A stretch of DNA of 64,000 nucleotides from Vermamoeba vermiformis (lineage: Eukaryota), in NCBI GenBank assembly GCA_045837725.1, contig JBEWZL010000123.1, positions 1 to 64,000 of the forward strand. The letters are read 5' to 3'. The translations under genes and the position numbers were made by a program. Numbering within the stretch: position 1 is the stretch's first letter; each line of letters opens with the position of its first letter. Under the pieces are notes generated by a model. That model did no database searches. It had not been told where the DNA came from and worked only from the letters and a program-made list of their open reading frames with translations. Below, piece after piece: positions 50,008 to 62,872 of the stretch.

Positions 50008-52149
50008 CTAATTAAGTAATATTACAATTCTTTTGCTCATCTCAGGTCCCACAGATCGCACAAACTCGTAAATGCGTTCTTGATAGCGCAGAATGTGATC
50101 TTCTTCTAAAAACAGCTTGGCATCCTACGGTAAATCAGTCAGTATGACTCAATACTCCACATTATACTAGCATACCCCGAACTTGAACAGGTCACCAAAG
50201 TACTGCACCATGACCTCATTGATCTCGGTCGGATCTGGTTCCGGTGGTCGTTCTGCATTGACGGCTAATTGTGCGTACCCGAATTCATCCATGATCGGGC
50301 GAGCTTCTTCATACGGCACATAGACATACGTATCTAAAAGATGGTTAGATCATTTGTTATAGTACATACTAGTACAACGTACCAGGACACAAGATGTAAC
50401 AGGGCTTGAATTTGCGTTTGTAATTCATCTTGGAGCACGTGTGAATGTACCAGCCCAAGAAATAGTACTCGACACCCGGCAAACTCTTGCAGAACTCGAT
50501 TTCTTTCAACGCAGAATATATTCCAAAGGCGTGGTTGCGGTACTTCGGGTTCCAGAAGAAATAGACTGAATTGACACTGTGCGGCAGTATGTCCACTAGC
50601 ACACACCAATTCATTAATTGCTGTCAAAGATTTATCAATACGAGTGATACTTACGCACAGCGACAGCAATCAATTCACCGTCCAATCTCCAGTGCATGTG
50701 ATATGAGCCACACTCGACGCCTTGGTCACTCGTCTCGTACTGTCCATGCGTTAGTATCAACACATCGCAAAGTGTCACTAGTACGTACCATCAGGGGCGT
50801 GTCAATTAAGAACTCGGTCATGCCTTTCTCCGTGACCTCCTCGTACTTGTCACCGTGAATGTGGACTTGAAACTCGCGATAAACATTGAACACTTCGTCT
50901 GTCAAATGCGGCTTGTGCTTGGTCACTTCCAAATGATGTTTCTTTTCAACGGCCACTTCACTGGGATTGTTCTTCGGCGCTTTCACTTCTTGTGACGCAC
51001 TTAGTTTTGAATGCTCTTCTACAAGCCTCTTCGTCATCTCGTCGTTGAGATGAAATTTCACGAATCCAGGCTCGAACACGGAGACTGAAGTCACGCCTGT
51101 GCCGTCCAAGCGACACTGATCGACTAACTTTTGTGCGACCTCTTTGACACGTGTCTGGATCTCTTGCTTGGACAGTTCAGCACCACTAGGCCTCGTTAAC
51201 TTCTCGATTTTCATTGCGACAGGTGTCATGAGCTGCGGTGTTTGATTGCCCTTGCCGCTCCATCGCACTGTGAGTCCAGTGTCCAGTTCTGACACTTTGA
51301 CACTCAGCTCTGATCTCTCCAGTGCTGCTGTGATAATCGACTGGAGCAGTGTTGTAATCTCTTCGTGCACGAGCTGTGGACTTTTTTCAACTGCCATGGA
51401 CTTGTCATCATTCGCGCTACTTCCGCGTTCAATGCCGCGCTCTAGATAATCCTCCACGTGCTTCTTGACTCTCTTTTGTGCGCGTGAAGGTTGAAATTGG
51501 TGCACTGGAATGCGAATGCAGTAATGTGCGCAACAAGTATTGGCGTTGATTGTTTGGTATAATAATGTGCCAGATCTAGTCCAACCTACACCAACGTTAA
51601 ATAATGCTCATTTGATAGCTTTCCTATACCTCTGTTTAATAAGTCTTCGAAGTCAGCCGGACGAAGTTGGTTTGAATAACTGCCTTGAAGACGAATTGTC
51701 AGTAGGTAAGACTTGTTTATTAATGTCAACTTACCAAAGTGCGTAGTTTGTCCAATTTTACAATAACCGCAGCCTCCAGAGAATATTGACCGCTGTGAGC
51801 GAAGTAAACGCACGGATGAAAGTCTTAGAACACAAAATAATTAATTTTCTATTTTCTTGAATTCAGAAAATTATAAGACATGGAAAATTAACATTCTTAC
51901 AATGATTACTTACGGGTGGTCGGGTTTAATTATTTTTTCTGAGCGTTCTTGTTGTGAACTTCGGTAAGGTTCAAGTAACGCGTTAACTTTGGCCGCATCT
52001 TCTTCCATAGGAAATACTTCTTCCACATTTATACTTAAAAATTTATTTCCATCGATTTGATTTGTAAAGAAGTAGTCCAGAGAACCGGCAACGTCATTGT
52101 TGATCAGCCAATCTATCACCTGCTCTACACTCCAATTTGGAAGACTCAT
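50008..52149 (-). CDS. ATE1: Arginyl-tRNA--protein transferase with N-terminal SAM domain
   Basis: CGYCK, TCCAHYCIR, FQPSRAQKRV, FQVHIHGD, VDILPHSVNSVYFFWNP, YYFLGWYIHTCSKMNYKRKFKPCYILCP; SAM exon 51914-52149 splices in frame (CC|A). Confidence 0.88.
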
Positions 52150-52300
52150 TCCGTTGTATGATTAGTGTACCTTGAATTAATAAGTTGCAAAAATGACTAC
52201 AGCAGTAATTCTTAGTCAAAATATACTAAACACGTGATTTTCCTAATTTGGGTTTGGAATGTTTACAGCAGTTTATTACAAATAAATATTAATACAGAGG

Positions 52301-55300
52301 TTAAGATTTTTCACGTGGCTCAATTTCTAGTGAAGTATCGAACAGTTCTTTCTCGCCTAAGGGTTGGTATTGACGGAGATAATTTGAAATGGCCGTGTCT
52401 CGATCGATGTTGTACCCTTGTTGCTGGTACTGTTGCACCTCTAATATAAACTCAGCTGACAATCGCTGCTTGAAGAAATTGATCAGCTCAATGCCATCTT
52501 CAACGACCGTGTGGGGATTGCCCTCGTCGATAAATGTCAGATCTGACAGGTACGTGCCCAAATAAGGAATGATGGGCGGATTTGAATTGTGCACGTGTTC
52601 GCGCAGCTTGGCAAAGTTCTTGTCGGGGTGTGTGACTTCGCGCAGTTGTTCGAGTTGCTTCTTCAGTTTTACGAGCTAAAGTGTGACCGTTAGAACAACG
52701 AACTGAGTGATTGTTAAGCAACGGACACTTACCGCCCAGGTCTTGTTTAATCGATTGACTGCCGAGATACCAAAGCCACTGAGTACTTCCACGAGACCAT
52801 TGAAGTTGTTGAGGTCATACAACGCCTTGGCCACACGAATGAATCGGTTGACGACTTCAGCACGCAAGTTCAAGTCCTTGCACTGACAAATCTCTGTGGC
52901 CACCCACATTGTGATCTTGTTGGAGTTGGCAATCATGAGACGAATGTTAGGGGCGTTTTGGTTCTTCACCTCCACTGTGCCCTTGTTCCACGCTTGGTTG
53001 AGGAATTCTTTGGGCTGCAGTGCACTGTACAAATCGAACTCGATCAAACAGAGCTGTCGCGCCAATATCTCGGGCTCGATATTCAAAATCAGATTCACTT
53101 CGCCAATCACAGTCGTGAGGCCCTTAGACATTCCTCGATCACGTGGCGTTAGTTTTCCTTCTGCTTCGACACGTGCCGCTTCTTTGGCCTTGTAATCCTC
53201 CTCGCTGGTGCGGGTAATTTTGATCAACTGGGCTGCCAGCTTTTTCATGCCTTCATCCGTGATATCTTTTTCCAAGAACTCCAACACTCGTTCTAACAGC
53301 TCTGTGTCGTGATAAAAGTCTCTAAAATGATTTTCAATCCAACTACGCAGTACGTTGATGACTCGTAATTGCACGGGCAGCTTGATTGATTTTTGCCATG
53401 TTTTCAGTGCTTCAGGATCATTTTGTTTTTCTTTGGGTGGCCCAATATTGAATCGCGCAATAATCCTATTCAACAAATCTTTCGATGTCATAAAGGCTCT
53501 GTACGTCAGCAGGAAAATCTTTTGATATCGCACATCAGGGTGCAACTCGTAAGTTAATCTGTACACTAGCTGGTCCACTGTGGCAGCTCTGTTCACTTAG
53601 TCAGTATCGGGAAAATTACTGCGCAAGATTGAACGTACCTAATTTGAGGTCCTTTAGCAGTTTTATCCTTTGAAAACTTCAAATCTTTTTGATCCTTAGC
53701 TGTGATCATCAACAACACGTTGGCTGAAATAAGAGATTGATTGGATTCATCTGCTAAGAAATCTGTTGAGGCTCCTTTGTCAATCAATAGTTTGGCTATT
53801 GTTTTGCGCTTGTGTCGCAAGGCAATGGCGAGTGGAGTCTAATGCCAATACGGTTAGCGGGACTACATTACGATAAGATATATATAAAGTGGCACGACGT
53901 ACCAAACCCTCGTTGTCCTTGGCGTCAATCTCAGCTCCAAAACTCAACAGCATGTTAGCAGATGTCGGGTCTCCAATGGTGACCAAATGGTGAAGAGCTA
54001 GTCATTTATGTCAGAACAGGTTGCTAATTCAAATTCATTAATTGACACTACTTACGAGTGCTTCCATTCGCGTCACGTGCTTTGACGTCACAACCGAGCA
54101 ACAGCAGCAGGTTAATGCAATGTCGACATGATTTCAAACCAGCATCGTGCAGTGGAGTCATTCCATTCTTGTCTACGGCACTCACTTGTGCACCCTAACC
54201 TCATGTTAATAAGGACATTACAACGTTATGTCTATGGTACATACTGCTTGAACCACAGCGTTCATGCACTCGTGTTTGTTGTATTTGGCCGCGTAATGCA
54301 GTGCTCCTTTGCCGTCAATTGAATCAACAACTGTTGCAAGAGCACCTGTAACGCGTGGTTAGAGTCAACTTTCACGATAATTTCTTCGAGTACGTACCTG
54401 ATTCTATTAGCTTCTCGATCATTTTGTTGTCGCCAGTGCCCATGAGTGCTGCCAACAATGGCGTTACACCTTCAATATTGGCTGCATTCACGTCTGCTTT
54501 CTTGTCAAGTAGCAATACCACGCTGTCGAAGTGATTGCTGTGCGCGGCTTTCCATAGAGGAGTGCTCTTTTTTTCTGAATATAATTCCATATTAGCAAGT
54601 TGTGCATCGATAATAGTAAGGCTAGAATGGCTAGAAAAAGTTGCAATATTTTTTCAGTTTTATTAGGCGTTGGATCTGCCGTTCGAGTAACTTCAATTTT
54701 ATGATCGTTGCGAGCATGATATTACGAATAATTCGTAATAACTTACCACCAGGTGCCTCTACCGGAACATTTTGATTTAAAAATAAAGCGATCACATCTG
54801 TTCGTCCGTTTGCGGCGGCCCTAATTCAATAATAATCGTTATCACAAAATCTTGATTTAAATAGTATAAAACAATATAAAATAATTATAAAATGAGCGCA
54901 TGAATAGTAACAAAGGTGAATTGAGTTTGCTCACGTAAGTGTGAATGGAATCTTTTAGGAATTATAATGCACGTTATATTATAAGCTCGAAAATATTACT
55001 TACCAGTGAATAGGCAAATTTTCTTTGTGATCCGCCGCATTAATATTTGCTCCGAATTTTACCAGCAGATTAACGCACTCGATCCAGCCTTTGCCGCTTA
55101 CTAAGTGCAACGGCGTTACGCCATTACTATCTGCTACATTAATGTCCACTTTTAAGTCTTGCAATAATCGCACAAAGACCTCTCGGTGGTCAGATTTGAT
55201 CGCCAACAGCAGCATGGAGTTTCCCTCTTCATCTCTTATTGGGTCTTTCATCTGCTCGATAAAATCTGGCTTTTTTAATATCTTCTCGATTTTTAATAGC

Positions 55301-55392
55301 TCTCCCAATCGAACAGCCGCGATGAAGTCATCCTTGATCCTAAAGTTGGATTTGGACGGCTTCTTCGATGAGAGGAACGCTTTGATGCTCAT
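52301..55392 (-). CDS. Ankyrin-repeat RasGEF (REM plus CDC25)
   Basis: Ankyrin TPLH repeats; REM FLLTYRAF...RVINVLRSWI; CDC25 LARQLCLIEF, LNNFNGL, PPIIPYLGTYLSDLTFIDEGNP. Confidence 0.9.
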
Positions 55393-55738
55393 TGCTGAGC
55401 TATAATATATACGTAAATAAATATAGGTACAGTGTTTGAATTCAACTGTCGTTGACTCCTCTCTCGTGAAAGAACAAAAATGAAAAATTCTAAAAACTGC
55501 CTCGGCACTCACTGCAATTACGGAACGTCGTACTCATAAAATTACTTAGTACTTATGTACTGCTATATTAGTTGAGGTGTACGAAGATTTACTGATGTGC
55601 ATGCACTAGTGTGTAAATCTTTTTTTGGTTATCCCTTCGTTAATACAAATTTTGTTGTTGCCATACAGACACAACAGGGCATGCTCACAGTAATTAACGT
55701 CTTATATATATGATAGAATTGTAGAATAGAGCATTGTT

Positions 55739-57895
55739 ATGGCACAGAAACACATCCAAGCAGCAGATCCGTCGGAGTCAACGCCACTGTTAGACGAAAG
55801 TCTCACTGGAGCTGATCATTTAATTAAGGTAATTGTTATTATGATGAAGATCGTAGCCTCTCGGGGCGAGATGGTGCCCGAGATGTTGCATCTAACGAAA
55901 TAATTATTGTAGGAGCCTACAGAAAAAACGGGCGACGAACAAACAATTGGTTATTTAGGATCATTAGTATATGTAGTTAATCAAATCTATGGCATTGGTA
56001 TTTTGGCATTACCGTTATTATTTCAGCAAGGTATGATGATCCGCGATTTCATGGCGCACAATTAGGCTCAAAAATGCTTCGCACGACACACTTATTAATT
56101 GTATACATATAATTATTCGAATATTATTTTTGTGGCTTCGAGCAAGCAAGATTGTGTCACCGGTGATCCGGATTTCATGTGTGTGATTCTTGATTGAATT
56201 ATTTTAATATGATTTTAATACTATATTGATAGTACTATTCATGTATATCATACTCCCTCATACTACGAAAATTCGTGTAACGCGTTAGTAGCCGCGAAAC
56301 TTACTTCTACATTTCTAATACTAATTTTAATTTTATCGCTTTATTTTATCAATACTCGCGGTTAAAATATAACTTTATTTCTGCTAGTATTGGTGTAGAT
56401 CCGTAATTTTAATTTTATTGCGAGCTAACGTATATTGCTTCCTAGTTGGGCCAATTATGATGGTCGTATTTTTGCTGTTTTTCACCGCCGTGTCAAGTTT
56501 GGCCTCAACAATGATCACTGAAGCTATGGCGTTGATCCCCGGCAACGAGAATTTCCAGCGTCGCCTTGAATTCTCCAACTTGGCCTTGATTTTATTCGGC
56601 AAGAAGTTCTATTACGTGCAACAATTGTTTTTCAACGTGTCAATGCAGTCTCTGAATATTGCTAGTATTATTATTACGGCACAAGTACGCACCGGTTAAT
56701 TTTGGTGGATCGAGATCTAACACTTTGAGCAGCCTGTGGACTCGTTGTTGACGATTGCATTTGGTCGCACATATGCCATTACATTCTACCCGCACATCGA
56801 GTTCATTACAGTCACTTACGACACCTTGGACAAGATTTACGGCAATGATTTTGGCCTGTCAGTCTCGCTGGGCTACATTTTGATCTTGGTACGTAGATCC
56901 TGTCATTGTTATTTATTTATTCAAAATCTCTAATGCCCTCGACAGGCCATCTTTTTGCCACTTGGTTTCCTCGATTTGAACGCCAACATCTACATTCAAT
57001 ACGGCGCATTCTTTTTGATGATTTTCTTGTTGGCCGAGTTCTGCTGGCACTTTGTCAAGCTTGGTCTCAACCCCGACAACGTGCAGATATTTGGGACGCA
57101 TACATTTTCACAAGTCATATCTATATTTATATTGTCCTACGCCTATCCAATGCTAGTAAGTGTCACGTGTCTCCGCCATCATATTGTACTAACCGTTCAT
57201 AAGATACCTTCGTGGATCAATGCCAAGAAACCCCACGTGTCGGTCAACGCTGTGATCTGGTTCTCGGGTCTGTTGGCTTTGATCGGCTACATTCTGATTG
57301 GTCTGTTCGGAGCCATGGCCTATCCTGGCTTGAACAGTGACGACGTGATGGACGACATGACTTCCAAATCGACGGAACTCATCACTCGTATTGCCGTCTA
57401 CGTATTCAGCTTCTCTATTGTCGCTACAAGTAAGTAACTTGGCCCCTCATTTGACACGTGTCACTTGGCTGACACTGACATCACGTGGCAGGTATCCCCG
57501 TGTACAGCATCTCCGTCAAGTACAATTTGTTTATCGGTGGACTGTGCGGCAAGAAACAAGCCGTATTCTGGGGCATTATCGCACCGTGGCTCGTCGGCTT
57601 CGTGTTCATGCACGCGCAATTCTTCGCTGCGTTTTTGAACTGGACCTCGTTGATCTTCAGCGGCATTGAAAACTTCTTGATTCCTTTCTTGTGCTACTGG
57701 AAGGCGCAAAAGAACTACGTCGAATTGCACGGCAAGCCAGGCAGTTTTGTGAATGCTTTGCCTAAATGGCTGTTGCCATTCTGGAAGCAGTTCTCGCTGG
57801 GCTTGTTCGGCACTTTGCTCGGCATGATTGTCTTCCAGACCTTTATTTGTTTGTTCTATTTGATTGTGTTGCATAAGAATATCTTAGGCAATTAA
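55739..57895 (+). CDS. Amino acid transporter (AAAP/Aa_trans family), probably vacuolar or lysosomal
   Basis: VNQIYGIGILALPLLFQQ, many hydrophobic TM segments, N-terminal ESTPLL dileucine signal. Confidence 0.82.
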
Positions 57896-57946
57896 TGTTA
57901 GTAAATACACCTTCGAATTTTTGTAAAGTATGTACACGATGAAGTT

Positions 57947-58798
57947 TTACTCGATCGGATCTTTCTCCGCAACTAAATTATACAAGAAATAAGTGTGATA
58001 TTGCTGTTGCTGCTGCCTCGTCTTATTCTCTATTCTAAATGAAGTATAGTTCGCGTCCCAAGTCACGTTTTCATCGCCGCAAATGTACGGCCAAGTGATG
58101 AATTGATCATTGCCAGAGACGATCAGCCACTTGCCGCCAGGTTTGAGCACGCGAAATATCTCTCGCTGCAACGCAATAACAAATTCATCGTCGCCAGTTT
58201 CATTGCGTCCATGAGATAGCAGTGCATCGAGCATGCCTTTGTCTAGTACGACATCGAATGTATTGTCTTCAAACTCGTTCATATGACAGACGTCCATAAC
58301 GTGGTAAGAGATTTGGTCACGCGTGAATATACGTTCCTTAAAATTTCGCTTGATTGGTCCGGATTTTGACCTGGAGAAAAATATTAATACCGATCCAGAT
58401 TCAGATCCCGATCCAAAAAATGGATCGCGACAAAAAATTGCTGAAAAATATCCAAAAAATGCTCACTTTTTTTCTGCGTGTTTTTGTAGGTCTTCCATGT
58501 CTTTTAATGTCTCTTCAAGTCGTGTCTTCATCCGCTCAATGACATTTTCACAAATATCCACGTTAATTATCTTCAATTGTTCAGGATAATCACAATCTGA
58601 TAACACTCTCTCGGCAAGTAATGAATTGCCGCAGCCAACGTGAAGAATTTTATCTCCCTCTTTTAGATTCTTCTTGATAAATGTGTTTACCTGATCGAAG
58701 TCCACGTACCATTCATAAAGGTTCTTGCCGATCCCTTCATCGTAAAATATTTCCCAGAACTCCTTAGTCGCAGGGGTAACGCTCTTGTCGTCTGCCAT
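57947..58798 (-). CDS. Class I SAM-dependent methyltransferase, EEF1AKMT4/METTL13-N-like
   Basis: FWEIFY...YEWY, ILHVGCGNS, MDV, FDVVLDKGMLDAL, IFRVLKPGG. Confidence 0.85.
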
Positions 58799-58939
58799 GG
58801 TTGTAATTTGTTTTAAAGAGAAAATCTTGCAACTGCGTCACGCTCGGACTTAGTTCCTCAAGGGCACGTCAAAAAGACCCTTTCAACTTTTGAAGATGGG
58901 TATTGGAATCAATTCTGCACAAAACTCGGTCAACAGAAA

Positions 58940-60004
58940 TCATCGATGTATTAATTTACTAGTCATTAGCTTTACAAAATATGTACAAATATTAACAATC
59001 ATGCGAATCACAATGGTGTGGTTCGCGCGCAGTATTTGTGATGAAGTGCTTCTTGCGCTGTAATTCTCTTCTTGTAGTCTTTGCGCAGTAATTGTCAGAA
59101 GTAGATCCCTTGCATCCTCGTCGTGAATTAGCTCGCTCGTGACTTCGAAATCGTCGTCCTCCATATCCAAAATATATCTCCGATCAGACTCGGGATTACT
59201 GCTTTGATAAAAATCTTTGTCTTCGAATAATAGCTTAAAGTCGTTAGCATGACAGTTTAAGTTATGCCCGTTACCACTATAACTTACGAGTTCAAGGAAC
59301 ATTATACCAACGCTCCACAAATCAATTGCCGTGCCCGCGTCCTTCGGTACAAACTTGCCTAATAGTTCTGGGGCTCGGTAATGAACCAAACCAACAGGGC
59401 GCCTGAACGCAGGGTCATATATACTCACTGCGTACTTGAAGTTGGTTAATTGAACTTCAAATTGTTCTCTTGTGATGACGTGACCGGGCACAATTTGAAG
59501 ACTTCCAAAATTGATGTTTCGGTGAGCGATGTGCCGATTATGCAAATTACAAAGACCCTAAACAGCCTTAATAAATTGACTATGCTTAACGCTGCCTTAC
59601 GTGAAGCACACCGCACATAAATACATTCGGGTTTTGTTTAGCCCAGGCGTAAGTCACTATGAGGATAATAGGGCGTAACAATTACTCCAAAAGAAGGAGA
59701 AATATAGCGCGCCAAGCGCAGGTGGACGATAGAGAGCTTCTGACACTTCTTAAGAGCGCGATATACAGCAAGGACTCGATTGAACTGCCTAATTGGGTAG
59801 ATCCGACCCCGGTAGAGAGTTTTGCCATCGCTAAGGACTTGCTGCAACCCAGAAGCTCGCACTTTTATCGCTTTAAACCCTTCAAGACGAAATTGCAAGG
59901 GGTTGCTGCTTAAACTCGTTAATAAGAATTATTATGAGTATTCTGAGAAACGCTTACTTGTTCGGCTGGTTCGGAGAGTTCGACCAGGAATTGTTGTTTT
60001 GCAT
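58940..60004 (-). CDS. Divergent protein kinase fold (pseudokinase) with apparent +1 frameshift in subdomain XI
   Basis: HRNINFGS replaces HRDLKPEN; TNFK replaces DFG; YRAPELL and IDLWSVG retained; LLRKDYKKRITAQEALHHKY lies in a shifted frame. Confidence 0.65.
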
Positions 60005-60127
60005 CGCTATTGTTGTTAACAATGACTTGTGGTATTGTGAGTAAATTTAAAAGAGTGCCTGGCAAAAAATGTTGTTTTAATCTTTTTTGGTAATTTTGTA
60101 ACGGCTAGTTCTTTGGGCGGGTACATT

Positions 60128-62232
60128 TTAGTCAGTGCCAACCAAGTTTCGGGAATGCAATGCATTTTCGGTAATTCCTATTATCGTGTCCTCGCACGAG
60201 CCCAAAGTCAATTGTGATCCGTATTTTTTGAGCAGATGCAACACCACACCGTTTGTCCAACCAAATCCAGCTTGAACTGGGTATTCACCACCATGACCAG
60301 GAATTCCCACGCTGAATTAATTATTAGTATTTTAAGAATGGTTTAGCAGCCAGTACATACGTCTCCGCGTTGTATTTTTCAAACATTAGGCCTCCGTATG
60401 AAGACAGTGTTTCGTTCCATCCACAAAAATTCGAGGTAATCCAACGCTCAGCTAGTTTGAAAGCAACTTCGGCGCCATTGGAGTCCGCACCCAAGTTGTC
60501 GAAAGCTTCAATAACGAAGTATTGCAATGGAGGCTAAATAAGGAGTCGTTAGTACTGACATTAACGAGTCTCTGTGAGCATACCCAAGCATTAGGGAAGT
60601 CCCACTGCTGTCCTGTCTTCGAGAGCGAGGTAGGAACACCACCGGGGAATGAAAAGATGCCCATGACTTGATCAACAAACTCCTTCAACTGTGCGTCAGT
60701 GATGAGTCCTTGGTAGCTCTTGGACCACAGCGGCATGAGGTTCGAGGGATAGAACTCCGCGGTGTGCTTCTTTGTTACGTAGTTGAAGTCATTCCTATTG
60801 CACGTTACGATTAGTATTTGCAGTGCTGAAAAGGCCGTCAACTTACCATTGACCGTTCTTGTTGTTCCAAAGCACTGCCATCATACCAATGCTTCTATTG
60901 AGCGCCGCTTGAGAATAAAACGCAGCCTTTTGATTGTTGCCCACGATTGAATACATGTCAGCCATTCTGATTTCGTTGGTGTACACAATGTTGTTCAAAT
61001 CAACGGGCACGATATTTCTCGCGACTATCTTGCGCAGCGATCGACCGTCCGCGAACCAGCGAGAACTAAAGTCCCAACCAGTCTCAGCACCCGTAGCGAT
61101 GTTAGCGTAGACTGCTCGCTGATCTTGAGGGCTGAGACCTTGAGCTGTTTGACGATCTTCTGAGTACGACTCTGTTCACGTGATCAGCAACTAACCCTTC
61201 GTACAAAAATCGATATTGAATGACTTACCGGGTCTCGGAGTATCATTAGTGGCATTGAAAATGTTCAACGAGTATCCTTGAACTTTCACGACACGATCAG
61301 TCATCCAAAAGTTGTATTCAACATCGAGCAGAGGAAGAGCTTTCTTTAAGAAATCTACGTCCTTAGTCTCTTGGAAGTAGCGCCAGACCATTTGAGTCAA
61401 GAGCGGCGGTTGACTTCTATTCTCGTAATATACTCTGCCACCATTGGGCACAAATCCAAGCAAGTCAACCAAATACAAAAAGTTCTCAATCATGCCTCGT
61501 GCTGTGTCGTACATTTCACTGACCAAAAGTCCCTCTGTATCGCTGTCAGTAAGTGCGGGATATTAATTATCACTAAAGACTAACTTACCGATGATCCAGA
61601 AGCTATCCCAGTAATAATATTCGCGGAAACGGCCCCCTGAACAAGAAGTAAATTAAATCACGCGCAAAATCTTCGAGGAGATTGCACTACTCACCAGCAA
61701 CTACAAATGGGTTGGGGACTGGAATGGATGAATAGCACGCGAGGCAGTTTTGTGAGTAGTTAAATGCGCGAAGTAAGTCTTTCCATTTAGCGTGAACTGC
61801 CAAACCAAACGTCTTGAGGTTCGGATCTGCCAGACCGTTCACAAAGTCAGGAACTTCTTTCCAATCAGTCGGTTCGACAGTCACGACCTAACATAACATA
61901 AATTAGTGTCTAGTGGTTGATCTGACAAAACATACGTCGCTACCGGCTGGTTCAAAGTACGCATCGACAAACTTCTTCAACTCGTCTGCCGTGGCGTTGT
62001 TGTACGGAAACAATTCATTGAATGCCTTCTGAATTTCTCGTGGGTGTTTTCGTGCAGGCATGTCAACGAAGGTTTTGGAATCAAAAAACAGATTCGCTGA
62101 TTGAACCGTATCTAAAAGTCTGCCTCCGCAATATAATTCACTTGTGCATAGTGCGTTGCTAAAGCTCCAAAGAGCGGCGAAAAATATAACGGCAACCGCG
62201 ATCCGCAATCGCGAGTGGATAAATTGTGACAT
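60128..62232 (-). CDS. TREH: Secreted trehalase (GH37)
   Basis: Signal peptide; [68 protein letters not shown]. Confidence 0.93.
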
Positions 62233-62872
62233 TTCCTACATTGATATCAATATTAAATACGATTACAATTAGTGATTGTATAAATCATTGTAATGACCAA
62301 ATTAAATTATTTGAACTAATTTTCTGAAAACTCGTCAATGAAATTATGGAACCACCGATCGGGAATGCTTACGTTGTTTATAAAGAATACACGCTAGTGA
62401 ACTATAATCTGCGTTGATAAAGTATTACCAAACGCGTTATGGTTTACTCTGCGCACAGTTCGATTTGACTCACACTTTGTCGGTTTTTGGTTTTGACTCA
62501 TGCGGTGGCAATTATTATCAAAAATTCTGCACTACAACCACAACTTACAATAATAATTTGTTACCAACATCAGCACTTAACAAACCTTTCTATAATTAAT
62601 TGGCCAATTAATGTCTTTTTTCAGCTGCTTAAATTATCTTCAGTTCTCGATCAAATAATAATGGCCGATGAACAAAACTGTGAACTGTAATTGTTAAGCT
62701 ACTTTCTGCTCGTTCTCACGAAGGATGTGGTCTTGCCATAATGATAGGAATACCTACAAAACACGGTCTTGTTTGTTTTCGTTGAATTCGGTCAAACAAA
62801 GTCAATCGTGCACGATTTATATGTTAAGGACTTCGAATATCAGTTCAATCAAAATTAAGAACAATCAACAAC

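Noticed and set aside
56031-56445. Long transporter intron starting GTATGATGA as a C/D snoRNA
   Set aside because: The C-like box overlaps the splice donor; no matching D box, terminal stem or rRNA guide seen.
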